A DNA stretch of 64,000 nucleotides, taken from contig NC_068982.1 in the NCBI RefSeq assembly GCF_001194135.2, forward strand, positions 176,978,511-177,042,510, given 5' to 3'. This DNA is from Octopus bimaculoides (taxonomy: Eukaryota). The notes under the pieces are model-generated. The model saw nothing but the letters and a program-made list of their open reading frames with translations. It was not told the DNA's origin and made no database searches. A program made the translations under genes and the position numbers. Position 1 is the first letter of the stretch; each line of letters begins with the position of its first letter. Below, one piece after another: positions 39,501 to 54,649 of the stretch.

Positions 39501-40084
39501 TTCAATATTTATATATACACCACCTCTTGAGTATACTGATATCTAATTATTTTGTTTTCTTGTATATGCACTTAGTACTGGACTAAATTCGGAAATGTTC
39601 TCTCTAGCCTAAGGATAGTACTGGAGGTAGTATATTTATGATATATATTATGGTGATGTTAATATCTTTTTTGCTGATGACAACTGATGTCAGCTCTAGG
39701 CTGAACTGTTCGAGATCGTGAACGTCTTTATTCACAAATCAGTTTGAACTTGATACTCCCTCTTTCTGATACCGTTTGCTTGTATATCGCATTGCGTATT
39801 TCGTTATGAAGAATTGTGTTCATGACATCCTAACCTGCAAACCTACTCCAGAATATTATTAGTATCTTTCATGCATACAAAAACCATTCTTTATCTTGTC
39901 GCTGCATTCTCTGTCACATTATACCCACTCGGTCATTATCTTATCCAAGCAACAATCCCAATATGGGAGAGACATGTATGAATGTTACGTTGATGACTGT
40001 AGTTATATGAAAGTTACGCTGATGGATATAATTATGGTTTTGATAAATTATTGATGTCAATTTTTTTGCATAACGTCAGCAATT

Positions 40085-40266
40085 TCAGAGAAGGCAATAA
40101 ATCGATTACATCGAGCCCAGTACTCAATTGGTACTTATTTTATTCACTCTGAAAGAATGGAAGGTAAAGTCGACCTCGGCGGAATTTTAACTCAGATCAT
40201 GAAAACAGACGGAATACCGCTAAGTATTTCAACCAGCGTGCTAACGATTCTGCCAGATCGTGACTT
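40085..40266 (-). mobile_element. tRNA-derived SINE family C; further fragments at ~15740-15815 and ~38405-38590
   Basis: GGTAAAGTCGACCTCGGCGGAATTTTAACTCAG...CCAGCGTGCTAACGATTCTGCCAG matches 18503-18715. Confidence 0.85.
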
Positions 40267-41107
40267 AGTTTCGATAAACGATTAGAAACAGTTAACCATC
40301 CTCAAAATATGCCGCTCTATATATTCCACAACACCAATGCGCATAACTCAACATTCTTTCACTCTTTTGTATGAAAATGTAAGGATTGGAAAAATACTGA
40401 AAGAAAATGCAACAACCATTCTCGTGATGAGGCATGCAAAATTACCTTTATCAAAACATGTCTGCCTGCTTTCTTACATAAACACATGTTGGATGTGACT
40501 TCTACTGTCATATATTTCTCAACAGATGGTAACAGTGTTTACTCTTCCCTAACGTCAAATATACATATGCCACCTGAAAGTCAATTAGTCACCTGAAGAC
40601 ATATCACTTCCATTTGTACAAGCTTTAAACATACATAAAGGAAAAGAGAAGAAAGAGACTTATACTTTTTGGCAATACAGATACAGAAATGGTTTAATTT
40701 TTATAAATGAGGTACGAAACAAAACTAAGCAAACTTTAAATATGGAAAGAATGATAATGCTTGATGATCTGACAAGGTGATATTCAAGTTCGTAAACGTT
40801 CTTCCTAAATGGTAGACATCCTCTTTAGAATCAATAATTGCATATACACATATTTATGAAGGTATTTTATTTCTATAAACAAATATATTGAGTCAGAACC
40901 ACTTCACCGCTGTTATATAACTATACATATGTGTATGTGTGTGCTTTTCTCTGTGTGTGTGTGTGTGAATGTATATATATATATATACATACATACAACA
41001 ATGCATACATACATACATACATACATATCCACTGACAAAAAAAGAAGTACATATCCACTCATAAAGTGAAAGATGTATTGGTGAATGTCCCAGTGAAAAT
41101 TTCAATA

Positions 41108-41668
41108 ACATGTAAACACAATCGACCTGCCAGTGTCATTTACGGCTGAGAAGAGAAACTATGTACGTTTGTGGAAATCAACTGCCTCGGGGATGCTAAC
41201 ATAAAGCTAAAGATCTGCGAAAAAGAAAATACTTACACTCAACTATCGAGGAATTGATATTTACTCTATCCGAATTACAAATTCAGGTTTATATCTGTAT
41301 TTATTGGGGCACTGGGATGTGTAACACACTGCCAAATACCAATCTTGAGGAATTCGGCTTCTCAAAACCAAAAAGGATATAGCTAATTCGAAATCTGCAG
41401 ATTCAAACCATCACTGGAACTGAAAAATCTGTAAAACTTTCCTGAAGTTTATCATTTAAGCATATAGGAACATATCTAACATGCATGAGAATACATATAC
41501 ATCACAAAACATAAAATCTGCACACATACTTACATACATACATACATACATACATGCATGCACAAATATCCTGTTGATGTTGAAATTCCAATGAATGAGC
41601 CTCGGATCTCGGTTGGGAATAGGTTCTCTATTGGCAAGAAATCTTCAAATAAAACTGAATAATGACAT
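41108..41668 (+). mobile_element. 3' fragment of a restriction-endonuclease (RLE) LINE, distinct from the 61k/63k family
   Basis: CKHNRPASVI..EEKLCTFVEINC..DANIKLKICEKENTY..L..LYPNYKFRFISVFIGALG, then IQTITGT. This is a PD-(D/E)xK-type RLE domain. Ends in (TACA)n at ~41666-41715. Confidence 0.75.
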
Positions 41669-42197
41669 ACATACATACATACATACATACATACATACAT
41701 ACATACATACATACACATTTAATCAATGTTGAAAAGCTTTTTACTGTTCAAGGGAAGCATATTTTTAGTAGTAACTTGCTGGTCATATACCGGAGACAGT
41801 TTCGGGTCTCCACATACTCAAATCTCGCATCGCATGAATAAATAGTGCCATTGGGTTCAATGGCAAAGTTTTGCTTAACACCTTATAAACCAGCCGCCCG
41901 ACCTTCTTTGTTTAATTTCTGAATTTCTGACTTTTTTTACTGCTTCTGCGTCAATACTTTTGTAATAACACACTGCAGAAGAAATAAAACAAATATTACT
42001 ACAAGTATAAAAATGATATGATGTCTATCAGGAAGTTATAACTGAATAAATATTTTTCCTGTACATATAATTGAATTATTATTAATGATGTTATGAATGA
42101 ACATGCGTATGAATGAACATACGTATGTGTGCTCATATAGACTGTTAAATGGTATTTTCCTTTGGGGTATATTCGGGAATAATATTTGTGTGTGTAG

Positions 42198-42266
42198 AGG
42201 AACCCTATGGAATGATACCTCTCAATGTAAGATCTGAAATTGAACGAAATCTCTAAATATCTCCAG
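42198..42266 (+). other. Candidate non-coding or terminal exon with consensus donor
   Basis: tgtgtgtag|AGGAACC...TCTCCAG|gtaagt. All frames from this acceptor contain a stop. Confidence 0.15.
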
Positions 42267-42518
42267 GTAAGTAACAGAGAGCATGAATACACAAAGTAAC
42301 CTCAAAGACGATCAAAAAGCATAATCTTGAATGCGACGGAAAACAAATGTAAGCATAGAGCTTTAAATATAAGGAAAGGAGAGAGGGAGTGAGAGACAGA
42401 GAGAGTGTGTGTAAAATAGATATACGAACCGGTTTATAGTAAATAGGTTATTAAATCGTATACACTTATATATAGAAATAGACTAGCCTACGTTTCAAGA
42501 AACAGACACATACATACA

Positions 42519-42552
<34 letters not shown>

Positions 42553-42637
42553 CACACATACATACACACGTGCATGCATGCATGCAAGCATACGTGCTCA
42601 CTCATATAGTCATGCAATAAGCTATTAGGGAGAGCTA

Positions 42638-43936
42638 TTAGGTCGTCAGGTATGAAATTTGTAGAAACGAAAAAAAAACGTTTGCTAATGTTTTATAAAT
42701 ACAAGGAATAGTGTTATGCATCAAAGTATACACCCATATTGTCAATACACTTTTGCCATTTCATCGGTAGCTTGTCAAGTATGTAACTTTAAATGCCTGG
42801 AAATCTAGAGTCAATAAAATTTTGGAAGGGCTGTTTTACAGCATCGTCGGAATTAAAAAACATTTCTATCAAAAGGTTATCCAAATTCTGGAAGAAGAGG
42901 TAATCAGTAGGGGCAAGATCAAGTGAGTATGGTGGATGATGGAAAACTTTCAATTCTAACTCCAGTAGTTTCGCCAATGTTATTTTTGTGATGTGTGGTC
43001 TGGCATTGTCTTGCAATAAAATAGGAGTGGATCTGTTGACTAATCTAGGATGTTTTTTCTTTGTTTTTTTGTAAGTTTCTGCATCATTTATTCCAGTTGG
43101 TTGCAGTATACTTCGGCCGTGATTGATGGCCCAGGTTTAATGAAATCATAATGGTTCACACTAGCGCCAGACCAGCAAACACAAAATCAGCTTCTTTTCA
43201 TGAATTTTGCTTTTTGGATTGTGTTTTAGTGTCTCGTCTTTGTTCAGCCATTGTTGTGAACGTTTACGGTTGTTGTATTGGATCCATTTCTCATCACGTT
43301 ACAATTTGATTCAAAAATGATTCATTTTTGTGACGTGAAAGTAGCATAATGCAGGCTTCCAAACGTTCCTGTTTCTCATTTTCAATCAGTTCATGTGGAA
43401 CCCACTTATCCAAAATTTTCACTTTACCGATTTGAACTAGTTGAGTCAATGTTGCTTGCTTGCTAATACCAAACAACAACGGTAATTCACGGGCACTTTG
43501 AGATGGATCTGACTCGACGGTAGCTTTCACTTCGTCATTATCCACTTTTGTTTCTGGTCGACCGCGTTGCTCATTTGTGAGGGAAAAGTTACCAGAATGA
43601 AATTTTGCAAACCAATTTGATACTCTCTGTTGTGTAATAACATTAGAATGAAATATTCCATTAATATTCCGAGCTTTCTGTGATACTGTATTTCCAAGAA
43701 AGAACTCATATTTCAAAACTGTACGAATTTCCGACTTATTTCCGACTCTAAACAAAGACAACAAAAAACGATTTATAAATACTTTATAAAGTGCAAAATG
43801 AGATAGAATAAAGAAATAGATGTGTCAGCTTTCTAACAAAAAATAAATATTGTCAAAATATAATAATGGATGCAAAATGAGCAGCTGTCAAAGTTTACCA
43901 TATACCTTACTACAAATTGCATACTCGACGACCTAA
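42638..43936 (-). mobile_element. Full-length mariner (Hsmar1/cecropia-like) with TIRs; transposase disrupted
   Basis: ~28-bp TIRs TTAGGTCGTC(AG/GA)GTATG(A/C)AATTTGTAG, with TA at the left end and CA at the right, 1299 bp. WVPHEL, IVTxEKW (2-bp loss in VTCDEKW), QDNARPH and HPPYSLDLAPTDY motifs in ORFs 43294-43764 and 42789-43016. Confidence 0.95.
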
Positions 43937-46900
43937 CAGTTGTTTTCCAATAAAGAATAATTAAAATCACTCGCATCCTTCAAGCCTTATTAATTGACAG
44001 CTCAGTAAAGATACCTCAAACCCGCCAAAATTCTCGATTTGAGTTCCCAGGAATATACCCTCGACACACACACACATACACATAAACGAACATATATGTA
44101 TTGATAATATTGCTGTTGTTGTTGCTGTTGCTGCTGTTATGTGTAGCATTTTTTTAAATTGATGTATTCTTCTGTCCTCATTAATTAGAAGATAGTAATT
44201 CTAATTGTATTTCTAAGTCTTATTAGAAGAACGTTTCAAATAAAAGTGCGATGCAATTTACTAGTGACACAATAACATCAATTCTTATATGGCATTTAAA
44301 TACTCAATCATCATTTTTGTTCTTATTTGTAGCATTTATTAGTCGAGTGTCGAAGAAAATATAAGTTTCAGCTGACTACATATATATTTTGGGTTTCATT
44401 CTGATGGAGATTTATTTACGTTTATATTTTTTGATTCTGTAAAATATATTTTAATTCATTAATTGCATCATCTTCGAAATGCTACGATCCTTACGGAACT
44501 TAGAATTATATATTATCATTTTAGCATTCTTTACTTTGTAGCTGCTGCTATTTCTACGGTATATAAATCAATTCTGAAAGGTTGTAGATTGATGTTTGTG
44601 AACTAAGAAAATAAACCCGGCTTATTTTTCATATTACAGCGACTTTTGATATCCAATACATCAGCATTATTAGTTTTCTTTTAGCAAGCTCCATTAAAAC
44701 AATTTCTTCAATATAATAATTTTGGGAATGATCAATGTTTCACTTACGTAAGCATTATAAAATGATTCAAATATTTGGAATCATCTTATTAATTAATTGG
44801 TTTGTCTATTCTTTGCATCTAATATATATACCTAGTGAACTATCGTTATATTTGTGTAACAGTTAGCTTTACTTTACGTGATAATTTTATCTAGTGCGCA
44901 GTCTATAATAAAATGTCATTTGTGTTAACGTGAATGTTTCACTCAATGTAAATGATTGGCTCTTCATAGGACGAAGTGATTGCCTTATTGTTAGTTGATT
45001 AGTGATGTTTTTCCTTTCGGTGCAAATCATATTACTTAGTTCATTATAAACTGATATGCAAATTTTGAATACAGAAATTCTGTGCTAAATTGTCTCAGCA
45101 TGTTGGCTGCAGTGTCTTGAACTGCTCATGATGATCACGTTTGGCTTTCTTTTGATATGAAGCATTTGCTTTTTCCAAGTAAATTTTACTCAATAACACG
45201 CTTTAAGTATTGTCTCACTTATATCGGTTTCTTTTGCCTACCTTTTCTAATGAACATCTTCACTGTTTTGAGCGACTTCCCACAATAAAACCTAAATAAA
45301 ATCTACCTTTACAGATTTGCCTGTCACATCTAACATGTCTAATGCCTAGCTAGCTTGTTATACTAAGTTTTACATTATGATTTTCAAGACGGTTGTCCCT
45401 TAGGATACGCTAGTTGTTGGTGATTTCGTGCTGGCAAGTAAAGACACCACTTTTTTATTGAATTGATCTGTAAAAGCTAGCCTCATGTTCAACAGCGCGT
45501 CTTCAAAATTTCCTATACAGTATTTCTTGTTACAACTTCTTACCTTAACAAAGCTCTTGATTATGTTTTCAAAAATAATTGTAAATATTTACCAGAAGAT
45601 TAATCATTTCCTTGGGATTATTTTAAAACATTTCATGTTGATATGGAATTCGGAGCTGTGCATAGGTTTGTTGTAGTGGAAAAACATTGCTACTATTTGT
45701 TGGATTGTTATAATGTGAGAATATTATATTACTTAGGCATCGTAATTCAGTACCATATTTCCTAACTTTATTTTGTATATAATTTACGTGTAGCATGTCC
45801 TCTACTTTCTCTTCCACCGATATCTACTTTTCATTGTTCTAAAGTTCCGCAGCACTTCAAAACTTTTGTTATCATTGATTATATCGACAACGAACGAAAC
45901 ACTTTAAATTAGTCAGCATGTCTTCAAATGTTTCTTGTAAAATTTCTAATGAGAATTAATGCGTCTTTACATGTTTTTATGCTTCCTTACTTCTATGTGA
46001 ATTATAGTTGTGACTAGCCTTGGTAGAAATGGATTAGATTACTTCTAGGTGCTGTTATTCATTTCACATTCCAAAACATAAGTTCGGTTGTCATCTTCAT
46101 GGTTGTGCACCACCACCTCTTATATTAGCCCAATACTCGCGAAGTTATTTCTGCTTGTACAATATAGTTCTAGATTTCTATCTTTAAATGTTTTTAAAAA
46201 TTGCAATTAGTAGGATTTTAAAGCCATTATCAACATTTGTATTGAATCGTACCACAAATATTTTTTTTAAATATATACAAATTTTTTCCCACTTCATAGC
46301 CGCAAAACGTCTAGCTTCTAGCTAAATATCTGCTTAGTGTAGGTTTGACAATTGGTGAGTTGGACTATGTTCTGCAGATCTGTGAAATTGGTGGATTGCT
46401 GTACATAACCTTAATATCGGATAAGACAGAGTGAGAGAAACAAAGAAGCAGAGAAACAGAAAATATTGTCTAGATTTAAGTATGTGTTTGTTCAGTTTTC
46501 GATTATTTTTGTTGTTTTTCAATCCTATCTATGAGAACGTTCTTCTGCATTTTACATGCAATGCGACTTACTATCTCCACATTTCAAACTGTTTTACGCA
46601 ACAAGAAAGTGTAGAGCAATGACTAAAATTGCTTGATGAAAATTATTGTGTTTATGCTTTGCGTTCAATGTTTGTTCACGTCACTTCGTATTCACTGCAG
46701 CCACTCTAACTGAACATATAAGTTTGAGTGTATGCTTGAGCTTATTTAAAACGTTGTACTCCTCTCCTCCATGCATCAAGCTTGCTGTCAATGCATATAG
46801 CCATTATTTTCGGACTGGTATATGTCCACAAATAAACATGTGTATTAAAATAGCAATTATTATTTATGCTGCTTTTACGGCACAGTTAATTTTATTATGT

Positions 46901-47652
46901 GGCAAAACAATAAAACAGCTTCTACTAAGAGCGTTATTTATTGTGAAACTTAAATGTGAATTTGATATAAAGTAGGTTTCTTTTTTTATATAACATTAAC
47001 TTCTTTTGGAGAATATACGCGCTTTTAAATTTTACTAACTTTCAAAACGATAACTTTTGTTAATGGAAACTTTTTCCGCATTGTAATTATTGCTGCTGAC
47101 GTTAATATGAAACTGATGTATATCAATATATATATACATATACCGTAGAAGGATCAGCCGAGTGATCGTGATGAGACTTAGTATATGAGTCCATAGCATA
47201 AACACGGCTTGAATATATAACACAGGTGACTCAGTAGTTTATCAATGAAATTTATTAATCAATGCATTAAATACAGTTCGTCCCATATCGATATTACACA
47301 GAAAATTCCGATAACGGGCGCTATACAATTCCATTTCGGAAGCAACACACGTTGCGATAATCAAATCTCTAAATAATACGATAATCAGATCTCTGAAGAA
47401 ATGAGATGGAAGTGGCCGTTTAGTACCACAGTAGATTCCCAAAGAATTGCTGGGTTAATCATACAGCAAGGCTCGTAAACAGTGATTAAAGTTCTTTACC
47501 GACCTCAATCTTCACTCGGCAGATTATTATCAAATAAAATGTCATATGTATCTGAGTAGAAAATACATCGTATGGGCACTCGAAATTTTACTTTACCTAC
47601 AACCGATATGCTTTTTGAAATAAGTGTAGTACGATCTTTTCCATCCCTTTTA

Positions 47653-47709
<57 letters not shown>

Positions 47710-50700
47710 CACACACAGACACACAGACAGACACACACACGCAAACACNNNNNNNNNNNNNNNNNNNNNNNNNNNNNNNNNNNNNNNNNNNNNNNNNNNN
47801 NNNNNNNNNNNNNNNNNNNNNNNNNNNNNNNNNNNNNNNNNNNNNNNNNNNNNNNNNNNNNNNNNNNNNNNNNNNNNNNNNNNNNNNNNNNNNNNNNNNN
47901 NNNNNNNNNNNNNNNNNNNNNNNNNNNNNNNNNNNNNNNNNNNNNNNNNNNNNNNNNNNNNNNNNNNNNNNNNNNNNNNNNNNNNNNNNNNNNNNNNNNN
48001 NNNNNNNNNNNNNNNNNNNNNNNNNNNNNNNNNNNNNNNNNNNNNNNNNNNNNNNNNNNNNNNNNNNNNNNNNNNNNNNNNNNNNNNNNNNNNNNNNNNN
48101 NNNNNNNNNNNNNNNNNNNNNNNNNNNNNNNNNNNNNNNNNNNNNNNNNNNNNNNNNNNNNNNNNNNNNNNNNNNNNNNNNNNNNNNNNNNNNNNNNNNN
48201 NNNNNNNNNNNNNNNNNNNNNNNNNNNNNNNNNNNNNNNNNNNNNNNNNNNNNNNNNNNNNNNNNNNNNNNNNNNNNNNNNNNNNNNNNNNNNNNNNNNN
48301 NNNNNNNNNNNNNNNNNNNNNNNNNNNNNNNNNNNNNNNNNNNNNNNNNNNNNNNNNNNNNNNNNNNNNNNNNNNNNNNNNNNNNNNNNNNNNNNNNNNN
48401 NNNNNNNNNNNNNNNNNNNNNNNNATATATATATATATATATATATAATAAATTTAGGTGATAATCAGTTACATGAGGATTTTAAGTACTTTGCATATAA
48501 TATAAGCTATATAATATAGCAAATTAGAGTGCTACATGTAGTTAGTATAGTAGCCTATGAATATTCATGCCTAATTAGTCTAGCTTCATCATGGTCTTAG
48601 TAATTAATCTTGTTATCCCTTTCTATAGTGTTCCACCATCCTGATCATATTATTTATCTATTTCAAAGTGAATATCCTGCTAAAATAACATTCACTGTGA
48701 CACGCAAGGAAAACAGCCAAACATGGACAATACCATGAAATTCCTTGTTTAAAACTTAAAGTTATGAAAGTAACGAAGAAAAACCGGAAATTGCAGAAAG
48801 GGGATTTATAATAATGAAGAACCTGCTGAATCAGCTTAAGTATAGATGAATAGGATTATTAAAAGAAATAAAAACAATATCCAGAAAAATTGAATCCCAA
48901 AGTGAAACTATAAAATACTTGTAAACAAGACGTCTCGAATGATAGCTACTACCATTTGTAATATCAAAACGCTTGTCTACTTAGATTCATAACACCGACG
49001 AATCTGTCATCCTTGACGAAAGGCACTTTGTAAAATCGGAAAAAGAATGAAATCTTTAAACAAAATATTACCCATTATTTTTAGCCGGAATATTTTGTGT
49101 TATTTTAAAGCAGAATACTATACGTGTCAATTGTTTAATAATTATACAAAATAAGAAGGTAATATATTGCTGTATTTCATTTACAAGCAACGTGTTAATG
49201 AGGGAAAATGTTCTTTTTGCAATGAAAATAAGAAATACTGGACTACTTAATCGCATGTTTTTTTTGTTTTTTTTCCAAAAATATTTATCTTTCGTTATTA
49301 ATAAAGCAGGTTCGATAATCAAAACGTCATCAGATTATAACTCAAATGTGGATAAATTTTTAAATTAGAACCTGACTTATAACTTGAAACAGCATTTGGA
49401 ATATAAAACGAGGTAAAAAAAAATAGACTAATTAGTCAGTATACACAGAAGAGTTCAACAATTTTTCCTTAGACTATAAGTTATTGTTTGTTTTTGCTCT
49501 TTTATTTTTAAGCATGGCCTGTCACAAGAGGTTACAGAAAATATCTTACGACTTACAAATATTATTTTAAGATAGTCTGACATATCCCGCAGCACTAATA
49601 TTGTGGCCAAATAAGATTTGATGTGGGGAAACATAATTATCATAACAACTAAAATTAAAGTGAAAAAATAATAGAAATCAAATAATGGAAATCAAATAAA
49701 TGCCCGCTATAAACAGCGTTTTATTGTATTAGCATAGCTCACCCATAGGTTATATTTATGGGTATGTGGAAAAGTAATTTACGTATAAATAAAATTGTAT
49801 ATGAATAAAAAACTTAGAATTAGTATATAGAATCAGTATAAAATTTATGAGCAAAGCTGTAGAATAAATACGATACAATGCAGAAAGTATGAGAATAAAT
49901 GCATTACTCAGGAAGAAGACAATGTTTACAACTCAAGTGTTGACAGATACATGACTGGTCTCTCATAAAATTACGTTTCTTAAATAAGCAATGAAAACAC
50001 CGCATTTAAGCGGTTAACGGAAGCTAATAGCGCAGCAGTAATGCAGACTGTATATACACGTATACATATCACGGTGGGAAATATTTGAGATATCAACATC
50101 TTTCAGAAAACATTGTCGCTCAGAGAATATCCGGCAAGGTTAAAAATAATTAACATAGTCATTGTTGGGAAATCTTATATCGTTAATTTTGGAGTAAATT
50201 CCTGGAAACTTATTCCGAGACTCATGACATCTCATGGCTTGAACAAATAAATTACTTCAGCTTTCTACAGAAAATTCAGCAAGCGCAGCAACAAAGGAAT
50301 TTGTATGGATGTCCAACCTATTGTTTGCATTTGGAATCCATCACGAACATGCAGATGGGTAACGACGCAACAACATACTTTCATTTAACTGTCAAAGATA
50401 TTACATTACAAAAACACATTTTTGTGGATGTCACTGCGTTACATTTAGATAAAATACGCAATTTAGCGGACCGGAATTTGTAATCATATGAAATGTTTTG
50501 ATTTTTCTTCTTAACTTTCATATAGTGAGGTCTTCATCTATATTGAGGTAAGTTTATTTTTAGGAAAATATTCTTTCTGAACATTTATCAAAAATTAGAA
50601 TAATTTATTACAAAGCAGCAGTCGTACTTACACTACCCTGCCACAAATATTAAAGAATCAGTAAGATATATTAAAAAAACAAAATAATAAACATAGTACT

Positions 50701-50776
50701 TAATAGTACCACAGTGTAGAAATGTCACCTCTTTGCAATAAAATCCATCGGTGTCATGTTGATTTAATGTCTACTG

Positions 50777-50845
50777 CAGCGTTTTTCATCCGGGGCTCCC
50801 CGGGACCCTAGAGTTCGGCAAAAGCTTCCTAGGTTTCCGCGAGAA
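50777..50845 (+). mobile_element. hAT-type terminal fragment
   Basis: CAGCGTTTTTCATCCGGGGCTCCCCGGGACCCTAGAGTTCGGC resembles the CAGTGTTTCTCAACCGGGGTTCC...CCCTAGGGTTCCG ends of Charlie-like hAT elements. No partner end seen. Confidence 0.4.
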
Positions 50846-50944
50846 AGAATGAGAGAAGCTAATGCTAATTTCATGATCGTAATATTACTATACATGCACA
50901 TACGTGTTATATATTTATGTGTGTTTGTGTGCATATACATACAT

Positions 50945-51004
<60 letters not shown>

Positions 51005-51403
51005 GTNNNNNNNNNNNNNNNNNNNNNNNNNNNNNNNNNNNNNNNNNNNNNNNNNNNNNNNNNNNNNNNNNNNNNNNNNNNNNNNNNNNNNNNNNNNNNN
51101 NNNNNNNNNNNNNNNNNNNNNNNNNNNNNNNNNNNNNNNNNNNNNNNNNNNNNNNNNNNNNNNNNNNNNNNNNNNNNNNNNNNNNNNNNNNNNNNNNNNN
51201 NNNNNNNNNNNNNNNNNNNNNNNNNNNNNNNNNNNNNNNNNNNNNNNNNNNNNNNNNNNNNNNNNNNNNNNNNNNNNNNNNNNNNNNNNNNNNNNNNNNN
51301 NNNNNNNNNNNNNNNNNNNNNNNNNNNNNNNNNNNNNNNNNNNNNNNNNNNNNNNNNNNNNNNNNNNNNNNNNNNNNNNNNNNNNNNNNNNNNNNNNNNN
51401 NNN

Positions 51404-51439
<36 letters not shown>

Positions 51440-51886
51440 AAAAGACAGAAAGATAGAAAGTAAGAAAATGAAATAAAAATCGACATGAATATCTAATGAC
51501 TCTGCAGTTCAACGAACTTAATGGTGACCAAGTAGATGCAACTAATTCGAAACAACTGTTTATTTTCTAGAGTTCCCTTATACTCCTCGAAAGAAATATA
51601 GGTGCTTTCTCATTTTAGAATAATTACAACTCTTGTTATGTTTTTATTAGTAAAAAAAAAGCCTACTGAGTTGTATTTCCTCATCTGACTGTAATAAAAG
51701 AAAGGTTCCTAATAGAGCATGGAAAGCTGTTGAACAAACGAAATATGTGACGTGTTCAAGAAAAATTCAGCTGATAATACGGAGAGAGTATAATCTCGTT
51801 GAGCTACACGAATCTTTTTGTTCAAAAAGTTGAAAATATGTTTTCCATTCATGTATTGAAAGAAACAATAAATACTAATTTCGAAT

Positions 51887-52865
51887 TACCGTGCATATTA
51901 CCATGAATTTCAAGAAATGATATTTAGCTTGAATTAAAGATATTTACATATAGTGTAGTTGTACTAAAAACACGCAAAATCTTTTTTCGTCAACTGACGC
52001 AGGTCATATTTTGTTAGTGTATCACGTCTATAAGAATGTACAACTCTGCATAGACTCCAATACGAGCGTTGCATTTGCAAGGGTAGATTTCATTGAACTG
52101 AACAGGTAAAAGCCACTAGATAGGGTTCAGCTGGCCCATTCAATTTGCTGATTTTTAAAATTTATTTCCTAAGATGTCCTTGGTGTCGTAATGTCATTGT
52201 GGCCACAATGAGTGTGAATCGTTTTCAGATTCTTACCTTCTCTAAAACTTTTGAGATTCTCAATGTATCAATTGCTCGCTGTTCCAGATACAGCCACCTT
52301 CGTGAAAATCAAGAAGGATAACGTCCTTTCTAACCCTCAATAAACAATCACCTTGACTTTCTGTACGGATCACTAGCTCTTGAAATTCTTAGGACATGGA
52401 GACCTGGTATGTTTCCATTACTTTCACTGCGCCTTCTTTCCAGATCATAAGCATACATCCACATTTTACTCGCTGTCACCAGATCGAAAAACATACCTCT
52501 ATTGGTTTCAAACTGTTTCGGTATGTAAAAGCAGATTTCCACTGTATCAAGTTTTCAAAATTTTTCCCACACCAAACGTATCCCATCATTTTCTGTAAAT
52601 CACAGTGATCACATTCAAGTCTTGTATCAAGCTCATATATTTTAACTCATCTGTTTATGGAATTCAAATCGTCCACCGATGGTTATTCATGACGTTGGGT
52701 GCATTTCTTAGCATTCCGTTGTATGGCATTCCAACTTCGACGAAAGGATACTTTTCACTATACTTCTGCATTCCTTGTCAATGATACTATCAGTGTAAAC
52801 AGTGTAATAGCCTTCTGTAGATATTGAAGAGACTGCACCGTTTTTTTTTAATGAGGCCTTGGTTG
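51887..52865 (-). mobile_element. Decayed mariner relic
   Basis: LVTASKMWMYAYDLERRRSES (from IVTGDETWVYxYDPExKRQS), YLEQRAIDTLRISKV, HNDITTP (from HHDNAxxH) and EPYLVAF (from PxSPDLAP). Confidence 0.7.
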
Positions 52866-53139
52866 TTTAGCTTGGAATCCATTCCTTATCTGCAAGAAAA
52901 AAGAGAATTCAAGAAGGAAGTTGATATAGTTATCCCACCAAGTAATACAGTTTGAACAACCAATGCCAATTAATATTTTAGTCATGCTCATATTTTCATG
53001 ACTATCGGTACCACACTTCTATATGTTTATATGTATATACCTATAGCTATCATCCATATGTGCGTATGTATGTATTTTTGTATGCATGTATGCATATATG
53101 TGTGTAAATATGCATACGTTTATGTTTATAAGCAGATTT

Positions 53140-53500
53140 GTATGTTCTAGCTGCTCTTGTTGATTAGCCATTGCCAGATCTGAACAAGTAGACTCATCAC
53201 TAAGACGTAACTTCCATAACATTCTATTTTGTGTATAACTAGGAATATAATGTCGCATGCGTCTCTCGTTTTCCAAGAGAGTAGGGTGGCATCTAAGGAA
53301 ATTATGATTGTTATTTTTGCAAAGTTTCTCAACCACATAAAGAATGTTTCTAATATGCTTTCTGCAACAAATATCACAGGAATTCAATCATGGAAGCTGT
53401 CTTTTACACATAGCATTACACAGAACTTCAGTTGATTTATATCCATTTAAGAAGCGCATGTGTAACTCCACTTTCCGATTTATGCACGCATTACACCAAT
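53140..53500 (-). mobile_element. Possible L1/Tx1-like LINE 3' fragment
   Basis: ...RHYIPSYTQNRMLWKLRLSDESTCS...EQLEH resembles the post-RT zinc-knuckle region. Heavily decayed. Confidence 0.3.
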
Positions 53501-53746
53501 ACTGGCTAATGAGTTAAGATTTTACATATATAACTGCCGTTATAATTTAAAGCATTCTTCTCTGTCGTTTCTAATCTCACACTCTCGCACGTATGACACC
53601 TCATCTACCTCACCAACCATACACATCGTTGACAACGTGCAGCAAAAAGGTTGCAAATCTGTATACAAAGTCCATAAAAATATTATCCAATAGAGGTATG
53701 GCAGGAATGGCAGTAAAGACTTATTTACATGCATAGGGAAATATTC

Positions 53747-53822
<76 letters not shown>

Positions 53823-53875
53823 CATACATACATATATGTGTGTGTGTTTGCATATAAGTATATATGTATGTAAAG

Positions 53876-53924
<49 letters not shown>

Positions 53925-54649
53925 CGCATGTATGGATGTATGCATGTATGGATGTATGCATGTGTATATACAGATATACGTATTCGTGCATACACTCACA
54001 TGAAGAGATACATTTATGATCAAGGAATACCACTCATCAAAGATGTAAAGACACCTCTAGAAAAACACACGACAGAAACATATCTAGGCTCTCCAGGTGT
54101 CAGGTCTACTCAAGCGTCAACTGTAATGGCCAACACAAACTTACTTCGTTCGGGAATTGTCAATTCTCTTATTAAGACCTAATAATACATCAGTATAAAA
54201 AATATTATTTTCAAGAGCCTTTCCATATTTGTAGAGGAACAAATTCCCTAAGCATTGTATATATACAAATTAAGAAAAGAGAAAACATTCCACCGGTTTG
54301 CAAACCTTTCCTCGCCAACTTGTTCTGTGTGTGTACGTGACTAATGATTCCATGTATTGGAGACATTTTCTATGCAGGTTTTAATAATACGTTCAGACTT
54401 GTAACTTTCAAAGGTACATGGCCTATACAAGTTACAATTCAGGGCAATAGAACATGAGGAAAACAGAAAGAAAAGCGAGATAAATGTGGATGCAATATTC
54501 GGACGGGTGAAAGAAATGGAAAAAAGGAAGGAAAAAGAAGAGTAAGAGTTATGTCCCTTTTGAGCGTATGCAATAAACCTGGTTGATGCAGAATCAACGG
54601 AAGGGGTTCAACGTCCGAGATACAGCTGCTCGATCCGGCTACGATGATG

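Noticed and set aside
48995-49025. Hammerhead-like CCGACGA...GTCA/TGAC-GAAA
   Set aside because: The core is mutated with extra bases before stem II, and there are no stems I or III.
52229-52322. Minus-strand exon ending in AAG|gtaaga
   Set aside because: It lies inside the decayed mariner transposase.
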